A stretch of 34,713 bases of DNA from the sequence record SRR20825019_1763. One strand, 5' to 3'. The notes beneath the pieces are model-generated. The model saw nothing but the letters and a program-made list of their open reading frames with translations. It had not been told where the DNA came from and did not search any database. The translations under genes and the position numbers were made by a program. Positions 28,226-34,713 of the stretch are shown here, piece by piece (positions within the stretch are counted from its first letter, which is position 1; the number at the start of each line of letters is the position of its first letter).

Positions 28226-29149
28226 ATGGCATTGATGGACATGATGAGGGCGGTTCTTGAGGAGAGCGGGTTGCTGCCCCTCTGGAACACCCTCGCCCCC
28301 TGGCTGGCACTGGACGAACGCCAACTGATATTCGTTGTCGCTACGCCGGTGTTTATTGCCGTCACCCTGTGGGAGTACCTGCGGATTCGCCACGACCCCA
28401 CGCGCATGGACGTACCGGAAGCCCTGCGGAATTTTGCCCTGGGTGCCGGCTACCAACTGACAGAGTTGCTGTTCGCGGGCCTGATCGCCTTTCCCGTATA
28501 CGCATTCCTCTACCATCACCGCCTGCTGGATCTGGAACTGAACTGGGCAACGGGTCTTCTGACGTTTGTTGGAGTGGATTTCTGTTTTTACTGGATGCAC
28601 CGTTCCAGCCACCGCATACGCTGGTTCTGGGCCGCCCATGTGGTCCACCATTCCTCCGAGCGTATGAATTTCTCCACCGCCATGCGCCAGAATGCCACCA
28701 ATATCTTTAACGGCATGTGGCTGTTCTATGTGCCCCTGGCGTTGATCGGCTTCAATCCTGTGTGGATCGGCGTGGCTTATGCCCTCTCACTGGTGTACCA
28801 GTTTTTCATTCACACCACGCTGGTTGGCAAACTGCCAGGCTGGGTGGAAACCGTGCTCAACACCCCCAGCCATCACCGGGTTCACCATGGCCGCAACCCC
28901 GGCTATATCGACCGCAACTATGGTGGCACTCTGATCGTCTGGGACCGACTGTTCGGCACCTTTGTCGCCGAAGACGAACAGGCACCACCGGACTACGGCA
29001 TTACCCGACCGGTACACTCCAGAAACCTGCTGGTGCTGTGGACCCACGAGTACGTGGACCTGTTCCGGGCCATGGCCCGACCAGGCGGCCTGCAAGCCCG
29101 CCTGAAGCACCTGTGGAAGCCACCCGAATGGGATCGGGACGCGGACTAG
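28226..29149 (+). CDS. Sterol desaturase / fatty acid hydroxylase superfamily protein (alkylglycerol monooxygenase-like)
   Basis: His boxes HRSSH, HVVHH and HHRVHH; SSERMNFSTAMRQ and NYGG.LI.WDRLFGT motifs. Start could be 28226, 28235 or 28241. Confidence 0.9.
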   Translation: MALMDMMRAVLEESGLLPLWNTLAPWLALDERQLIFVVATPVFIAVTLWEYLRIRHDPTRMDVPEALRNFALGAGYQLTELLFAGLIAFPVYAFLYHHRLLDLELNWATGLLTFVGVDFCFYWMHRSSHRIRWFWAAHVVHHSSERMNFSTAMRQNATNIFNGMWLFYVPLALIGFNPVWIGVAYALSLVYQFFIHTTLVGKLPGWVETVLNTPSHHRVHHGRNPGYIDRNYGGTLIVWDRLFGTFVAEDEQAPPDYGITRPVHSRNLLVLWTHEYVDLFRAMARPGGLQARLKHLWKPPEWDRDAD

Positions 29150-29247
29150 CGCCACAAAAGCCGGATTTTCCGGCTCCGTCTCACATTAACGTCCGATTTC
29201 CGGCTAGACTCCCGTTTACGCCACCAAACCGCCCGGAATCGACCAAC

Positions 29248-30165
29248 ATGGACCTGCAGGAAAGTTTCATCAACAGCCCCGATCACCATCGAATTCCGTT
29301 GCTGTCGTGGGCGGCGGAGACCCCGTCGGCCGTGCTGGTCATTGCCCACGGCATGGCGGAGCATGCAGCCCGCTACCAGCCGCTGGCGCTCTGGCTGAAC
29401 CAGCAGGGGGTATCGGTGATTGCGATCCAGCATCGAGGCCACGGACCGCATTGCCCCGAAACTGACCTTGGCCATTACGCCGACCACAAGGGCTGGCAGA
29501 AAGTAGTGGACGACCTGCAGCAAGTCGTTGTCCATGCCAGAAAGCAACACCCCGACCTCCCGCTAACGCTGTTCGGCCACAGCATGGGTTCGTTCATCGC
29601 CCAGGCCTTCAGCCAGCAGTATGGTGACCAGATCGACAGACTGATCCTCTGCGCGACCAATCGTATCGACAAACCGAAGTTGCGGGCCTCCCTGGCACTG
29701 GTCCGCTCTCTCCGGGCACTGCGCGGGAAACGGCACCACAGCCGCCTGATCGACAATATGACCTTCGGTGCCTTCAACAAGGCGTTCTCCCCCAATCGCA
29801 CCAGCCATGACTGGCTCAGCCGCGACCCGCAACAGGTGGACCGCTACCTGAGAGACCCACTCTGCGGCTTTCCCTGCACGGCAGGCCTATGGTCCGACTT
29901 CATTGGTGGCATGCTAACCATCAATCCAAAAACATGGCGCAAGGACCTTCCGATACACCTGCTGGCCGGTGACAGCGACCCGGTTGGCGAGATGGGACAC
30001 GGTTTCAACCGGCATGTTGCCAACCTTCGTGGCGCCGGCCTGCTCGTTGCCTCCGACCGTCTGTTTCCCGGCGCCCGTCACGAACTGGTCAATGAAACCA
30101 ATGCTGACGAGGTCTGGCACCACATCCTCGACTGCCTGCGTACCGGGACAGACTCCGGCGCGTAA
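29248..30165 (+). CDS. Lysophospholipase / monoacylglycerol lipase-like alpha/beta hydrolase
   Basis: AHGMAEH..RY, RGHG, GHSMG, DWLSRD, D.DPVG and RHELVNE motifs; start MDLQE. Confidence 0.9.
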   Translation: MDLQESFINSPDHHRIPLLSWAAETPSAVLVIAHGMAEHAARYQPLALWLNQQGVSVIAIQHRGHGPHCPETDLGHYADHKGWQKVVDDLQQVVVHARKQHPDLPLTLFGHSMGSFIAQAFSQQYGDQIDRLILCATNRIDKPKLRASLALVRSLRALRGKRHHSRLIDNMTFGAFNKAFSPNRTSHDWLSRDPQQVDRYLRDPLCGFPCTAGLWSDFIGGMLTINPKTWRKDLPIHLLAGDSDPVGEMGHGFNRHVANLRGAGLLVASDRLFPGARHELVNETNADEVWHHILDCLRTGTDSGA

Positions 30166-30229
30166 AAACATGACGCCGACCGGCCCGGGGCGCTAAGATC
30201 AATGCCACCCAACTAATCGGAGTAAGCCC

Positions 30230-31027
30230 ATGTTTACCAACAGAGTCGTGTGGATCACCGGCGCCTCGTCCGGCATTGGTGAGGCCCTGGCAGCCAGGTT
30301 TGCGCGCGAAAATGCAAGAGTTGTTCTTTCGGCGCGACGCCAGCCAGAGCTGGAGAGGGTCCGCCAGCACTGCATTGATGCCGGCGCCGCCCCGGAAAAC
30401 ATGCTGGTATTGCCTCTTGACGTTACCGACCTGCCCTCACTTCCGGTAGCTGCCGACCACGTCATCAGTCACTTCGGCCAGATCGACCTGCTGATCAACA
30501 ACGCCGGCCTTTCCCAACGCTCTCTGTGCAAGGATACCGAGCTGTCGGTGTACCAGAAGCTACTGGATGTGGATGTGATGGGGCAGATTGCGCTGACCAA
30601 GGCCGTGCTCCCCCATATGCTGGAGCGCCAATCCGGACACCTGGCGGTGACCGCCAGCGTGGCCGGTAAAGTCGGCGTCCCCCTGCGCACCGGCTACTGT
30701 GCCGCCAAGCACGCGGTGATGGGCTTCTTCGACGCCCTGCGGGCCGAGGTGGAAGACGATGGCATTCTGGTCTCCACCATCACCCCCGGATTTATCCGCA
30801 CGGACATTTCCCGCAATGCCCTGGCGGCCGATGGCTCTGCCTTCGGCGAGGAAGACGAGAACATTGCCGGTGGCATGGACGTCGGCGAGTGCGCGGATGT
30901 CATCGTCAGTGCGCTGGCCAAGGGAAAACGCGAGATTCCCGTCGGCAAGGGCAAGGAAATGGCAGCGCTTTGGGTCAAGCGTGTCGCTCCCGAGATGATG
31001 TTTAAGTTGGCGCGCAAGCAGAACTGA
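30230..31027 (+). CDS. Short-chain dehydrogenase/reductase (DHRS7 / 11beta-HSD-like)
   Basis: VWITGASSGIG, NNAGLSQRS, YCAAKHA and PGFIRT motifs; GGAG RBS. Confidence 0.92.
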   Translation: MFTNRVVWITGASSGIGEALAARFARENARVVLSARRQPELERVRQHCIDAGAAPENMLVLPLDVTDLPSLPVAADHVISHFGQIDLLINNAGLSQRSLCKDTELSVYQKLLDVDVMGQIALTKAVLPHMLERQSGHLAVTASVAGKVGVPLRTGYCAAKHAVMGFFDALRAEVEDDGILVSTITPGFIRTDISRNALAADGSAFGEEDENIAGGMDVGECADVIVSALAKGKREIPVGKGKEMAALWVKRVAPEMMFKLARKQN

Positions 31028-31050
31028 ATCTGGAGTCACTGAAAACGGTT

Positions 31051-31851
31051 ATGTACCAATCCACGTCAGCGGATCATCAACCAAGAGTCTGCTTCTTACG
31101 CATTGCCACGCTGCTGTTTTTTTCAATAGCCAGCCTCCCGGTCATGGCCGGTGAAGTCAGCCTCGGCGTTGCTGCTAATTTCACCGACACCACCCGCGAA
31201 CTGGCCAAACAGTTTGAAGCCAAGACTGGCCACACGGTTTCAGCCAGCTTCGGGTCCACCGGCAAGCTGTACGCCCAGATCCGGAACGGTGCGCCCTTCG
31301 ACGTGTTCATGGCCGCCGATGCACGCAGACCGGCGCTTATTGAGAAGGCGCGGGCCGGCGCCCCCAATACCCGCTTCACCTATGCCCGGGGCAAGCTGGT
31401 GCTTTGGAGCCCGACCCCGGACGCTTTCGGGGACGCTGAGAGCTACCTGGCCCAGCAAACGTTCGCAAGGCTGGCCATGGCAAACCCGAAGACCGCGCCC
31501 TACGGCCTTGCAGCACAACAGGTTCTGGAACATTTAGGCCATTGGCAGGCACTGCAGGCGAAGCTGGTTCGTGGCGATTCCATCGCCCAGACCTTTCAGT
31601 TTGTGGTCAGCCGCAACGCCCAGGCCGGCTTTGTAGCCCTGTCTCAGGTAACATCCTGGGACGACAAGGAAGGCTCCCTTTGGAACGTGCCCCAGGACTA
31701 TTACCAACCCATTGACCAACAGGCTATCCTTTTGAACCGGGGAACCAGCAATGAGGCAGCCTTGGCCTGGATGGACTTCCTGAAATCGAACACTGCCATC
31801 GCCACGATCCGGGGCTATGGCTATGACCCCGCTTACGACACGGCTGACTGA
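31051..31851 (+). CDS. modA: Molybdate ABC transporter substrate-binding protein
   Basis: VAANF, GSTGKLYAQI.NGAPFDVF.AAD, ANPKTAPYG and GFVALSQ motifs. Confidence 0.95.
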   Translation: MYQSTSADHQPRVCFLRIATLLFFSIASLPVMAGEVSLGVAANFTDTTRELAKQFEAKTGHTVSASFGSTGKLYAQIRNGAPFDVFMAADARRPALIEKARAGAPNTRFTYARGKLVLWSPTPDAFGDAESYLAQQTFARLAMANPKTAPYGLAAQQVLEHLGHWQALQAKLVRGDSIAQTFQFVVSRNAQAGFVALSQVTSWDDKEGSLWNVPQDYYQPIDQQAILLNRGTSNEAALAWMDFLKSNTAIATIRGYGYDPAYDTAD

Positions 31852-32531
31852 TGCTTGAAACCTACTGGGACCCGGTCTGGCTGACACTCAGGCTGGCCAC
31901 GACCACCACATTGTTGCTGCTGCTCATTGGCACGCCCATCGCCTGGTGGCTGGCCCGCTCCCGGCGCTGGCTGCGCCAGCCGGTTGCAGCGATCGTCGCC
32001 CTGCCCCTGGTGCTGCCACCCACAGTGCTCGGTTTCTACCTGTTGCTGGTCATGGGGCCTGACGGCTGGGTTGGCCAGATAACACAGTCCCTCGGGATCG
32101 GCCTTTTGCCATTTACCTTTGAGGGCCTGGTGGTGGCGTCGGTCATATACTCCCTGCCATTCACCGTTCAACCTCTGCAGAATGCCTTTGAAGCCGTAGG
32201 CGAGGGGTTCATGGAAGCCGCCGCAACCCTTCGTGCCGCCCCGTGGGAACGGTTCCTGTTTATCGCCGTGCCCCTGGCAAGAAACGGATTCCTGACCGCC
32301 TCCGTGCTCACCTTCGCCCACACCATCGGTGAGTTCGGCGTGATCCTGATGATCGGTGGCAACATCCCGGGTGAAACCAAGGTGTTGTCGGTGGCCATCT
32401 ACGACCACGTGGAATCCCTTGAGTACGCCCAGGCCCACTGGCTGTCCGCCGGCATGGTGGTGTTCTCCTTTGTGGTTCTGGTGACCCTCTACGCGCTTAA
32501 CGGCAAAGCCCGCGCGGGAGCTCTCAGATGA
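31851..32531 (+). CDS. modB: Molybdate ABC transporter permease
   Basis: LPLVLPPTVLGFYLL, EAAATL and FAHTIGEFG..LMIGGNIPG motifs. Confidence 0.96.
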   Translation: MLETYWDPVWLTLRLATTTTLLLLLIGTPIAWWLARSRRWLRQPVAAIVALPLVLPPTVLGFYLLLVMGPDGWVGQITQSLGIGLLPFTFEGLVVASVIYSLPFTVQPLQNAFEAVGEGFMEAAATLRAAPWERFLFIAVPLARNGFLTASVLTFAHTIGEFGVILMIGGNIPGETKVLSVAIYDHVESLEYAQAHWLSAGMVVFSFVVLVTLYALNGKARAGALR

Positions 32532-33604
32532 CCGCCACTATCCATGCCCGCTTCCGGTGTGCCTTTCCGGGGTTCGACCTGGACGTTGACCTGACCCTCC
32601 CGGGTACCGGCATTACCGCCCTGTTCGGGCACTCCGGTTGCGGCAAGACCACGCTGCTTCGGTGCATGGCAGGCCTTCAGAACGCGCCCGGAACCATGAC
32701 CGTTCTGGGCGAACCCTGGCAGACGGAAGAGTTCGTCCGGCCGGTACACAAGCGCGCCCTGGCGTACGTGTTCCAGGAAACCCAGCTTTTTCCCCACCTG
32801 AACGTCCGCAGGAACCTGGAGTTCGGTTACCGCCGTATTCCCGCCGGCGAACGACAGATCAGATTCGATGACGCCGTTCGCTGGCTTGGCCTGGAATCCC
32901 TCCTGGAGCGCATGCCGGCCGGACTTTCCGGCGGTGAGCGCCAGCGGGTCGCGATTGCGCGGGCACTGCTGACCAGTCCAAGGCTGTTACTGATGGATGA
33001 GCCGCTGTCTGCTCTGGACCGAGCCAGTAAACAGGACATCCTGCCCTACCTCGAGAGGCTCCGGGACACCCTCGCGATTCCCATCATCTACGTGTCCCAC
33101 TCCACGCCAGAGGTCGCCCGCCTGGCCGACCACATCGTGATGATGGAGGATGGCCGGGTGGTGGCCCAGGGCCCGCTGCAGGAAACGCTCGCCCGCACCA
33201 ACAACCCCTTTCGACTGGAAGACGATGCCGGGGTTCTGCTGGAAGGACGGATCGACCATCTGGACCCACGCTGGCATCTGGCCCTGTTCAGGTTCGACGG
33301 GGGCCAACTGTGGTTGCGCCAGGACGACCGGCTGACACCGGGAGACAGGGTTCGTGTGCAGGTCCTGGCGCGGGATATCAGCCTCGCGCTGGCTGAGCAT
33401 TCCGACCAGAGCATCCAGAACCTGGTTCCGGCCATCATCGATCAGGTCGATCCGGATGTGGCGCCGGGCGTTAGCCTTGTCCGGCTTCTGGCGGGGCCAA
33501 CCCCGCTGTTATCAAGGCTGACCACCCGCTCCGTAGACCAGCTCGGCCTTGAACCCGGCAAGACCGTGTGGATGCAAATAAAGTCCGTAGCTCTCGTGGA
33601 CTGA
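32528..33604 (+). CDS. modC: Molybdate ABC transporter ATP-binding protein
   Basis: GHSGCGKTT, LSGGERQRVA and LLMDEPL motifs; C-terminal TOBE/Mop region ending QIKSVAL. Confidence 0.96.
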   Translation: MTATIHARFRCAFPGFDLDVDLTLPGTGITALFGHSGCGKTTLLRCMAGLQNAPGTMTVLGEPWQTEEFVRPVHKRALAYVFQETQLFPHLNVRRNLEFGYRRIPAGERQIRFDDAVRWLGLESLLERMPAGLSGGERQRVAIARALLTSPRLLLMDEPLSALDRASKQDILPYLERLRDTLAIPIIYVSHSTPEVARLADHIVMMEDGRVVAQGPLQETLARTNNPFRLEDDAGVLLEGRIDHLDPRWHLALFRFDGGQLWLRQDDRLTPGDRVRVQVLARDISLALAEHSDQSIQNLVPAIIDQVDPDVAPGVSLVRLLAGPTPLLSRLTTRSVDQLGLEPGKTVWMQIKSVALVD

Positions 33605-33700
33605 CACCTTTGGCCCGGTGTTTGGCCCGCCCTGCTATCCGGCGTCGGCGCCAGGATGGTTACCCTGACCTGACTCTCAAACACAGGGCAGGTATTGATT

Positions 33701-34582
33701 GTGGGCAATCATCAAACACACTGGGTGCACAGCGGCGGGCTCACTATCCATGCCGTTACCGAAGGCCATCCGGACTCGACGCCGCTGGTGTTGGTTCATG
33801 GCTACCCGGACAATCTTCAGGTCTGGGACAAGGTCAGCGCCGCCTTGAGCCAGGAGTATCTGGTGATCCGTTACGATGTCCGTGGTGCCGGCAAGTCCGG
33901 CAAGCCCCGAAAAACCCGGGATTATCGCCTGGCCCTGCTGGCCGACGACCTCCAAGCGGTGGTAGACACCCTGATCCCCGGACGCGAGTTCCACCTGATC
34001 GCGCATGACTGGGGGGCGATCCAGAGTTGGGAGTCCGTCACCGGAGAGCCCTTGCAGAATCGCATTCGCTCCTACACCTCCATTTCCGGCCCCTGTCTGG
34101 ACCACATCGGCTTCTGGCTCCGGAAACAGCTGGAAACACCCGGGCTGGCAGGGGCAGCGAAGGTACTCCAGCAACTCACAAGCTCCTGGTACGTGTTCCT
34201 GTTCCAAGTGCCTGTGATCCCGGAAATGATCTGGAAAGCCGGCCTCGACAGGCTCTGGCCAGGGTACCTGAAGCATCATGAGCAGGTTGCCGATGCCAGG
34301 TTCAGCGCCTCCCAGAAGTCCGACGGGCTGTATGGGGTCAAGCTTTACCGGGCGAACTTCCTGACCCGGTTGCTGCGGCCACGAACCCGGGTGGCGCGCT
34401 GTCCGGTCCAGGTAATCATCCCGACCAGGGACGCATATGTGCGCCCTCAACTGAACGAGCATCTGGTTCGCTGGACAGGAAAATTAACCCTGCAAACGCT
34501 GGATACAACCCATTGGGCGCCACTGACGGAACCCGAAGCCGTATCTCGTGCCGTCCGCACATTCGTGGCTGCGCACCCCTGA
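33701..34582 (+). CDS. Epoxide-hydrolase-like alpha/beta hydrolase (resembles the EphD N-terminal domain)
   Basis: HGYPD, YDVRGAG.S, AHDWG (Asp nucleophile), ISGP.LDH, SWY, LYRAN and THW motifs. Start GTG 33701 or TTG 33695. Confidence 0.88.
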   Translation: MGNHQTHWVHSGGLTIHAVTEGHPDSTPLVLVHGYPDNLQVWDKVSAALSQEYLVIRYDVRGAGKSGKPRKTRDYRLALLADDLQAVVDTLIPGREFHLIAHDWGAIQSWESVTGEPLQNRIRSYTSISGPCLDHIGFWLRKQLETPGLAGAAKVLQQLTSSWYVFLFQVPVIPEMIWKAGLDRLWPGYLKHHEQVADARFSASQKSDGLYGVKLYRANFLTRLLRPRTRVARCPVQVIIPTRDAYVRPQLNEHLVRWTGKLTLQTLDTTHWAPLTEPEAVSRAVRTFVAAHP

Positions 34583-34598
34583 GCTGCCCCATACAATG

Positions 34599-34626
34599 AA
34601 AAAGGCCGCTGGTTCCAGCGGCCTTT
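34599..34626. terminator. Intrinsic terminator between convergent genes
   Basis: AAAAAGGCCGCTGG-tt-CCAGCGGCCTTT; U5 tail on the minus strand and U3 on the plus strand. Confidence 0.85.
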
Positions 34627-34648
34627 CGGGACAGGGTGATAATCGGTT

Positions 34649-34713
34649 TTAGCGGGTACCGTACACCACCATGGTCTTGCCCTTGACTCGCACCAGGCCC
34701 TGGTCTTCAAGGG
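34649..34713 (-). CDS. crp: cAMP receptor protein CRP/Vfr, 3' end only
   Basis: The minus strand translates as ...LEDQGLVRVKGKTMVVYGTR*, the characteristic CRP/Vfr C-terminus. It is absent from the ORF track. Confidence 0.92.
   Translation of the reverse strand, partial: LEDQGLVRVKGKTMVVYGTR

Noticed and set aside
28717-29247. 177-aa N-terminal extension making the lipase a 482-aa ORF
   Set aside because: It overlaps the hydroxylase in another frame and is Pro/Arg-rich with no recognisable domain. The hydrolase fold begins at ATG 29248.
31044-31074. Possible ModE box at the modA start (CGGTTATGTA-N6-CACGTCAGCG)
   Set aside because: Only a loose match to the CGnTATATA-N6-TATATAnCG-type palindrome, with a poor right half and no modE gene in the window.
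1-34713. CRISPR array, tRNA/rRNA, IS, integrase, prophage or defence system
   Set aside because: No repeat-spacer periodicity, RNA-gene signatures, or recombinase, nuclease or phage structural motifs were seen. The PAAR gene is the only injection-system component.

Overview
A GC-rich gammaproteobacterial chromosomal segment. Gene content and order suggest Marinobacter or a close relative (inference). The left half is core: a minus-strand run lptD-surA-pdxA-rsmA-apaH-DUF423-thiS-thiG (no apaG), divergent amgK-murU-djlA-like genes, an orphan PAAR gene, a DUF3530 gene, then rpe-gph-trpE-trpG-trpD-trpC. About 16.8 kb of accessory metabolic and transport genes lie between trpC and the 3' end of crp/vfr at the right edge: DUF4202, two GSTs, three alpha/beta hydrolases, an M14 peptidase, a ProXWV-family ABC transporter, a lipoprotein SBP, a META lipoprotein, AraC, a fatty-acid-hydroxylase-family gene, an SDR and modABC. 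I saw no tRNA, rRNA, transposase, integrase or CRISPR array. The strongest unannotated signal is a 26-codon Trp-rich leader ORF (RWWRWR) upstream of trpE. It is in frame with trpE, has no U-tailed terminator, and can pair with the trpE ribosome-binding site. Other points of interest are several periodic repeats in promoter regions, the orphan PAAR gene and a possible AraC-controlled lipid-catabolism module. All family assignments come from motif recognition and recalled synteny, not from database searches.
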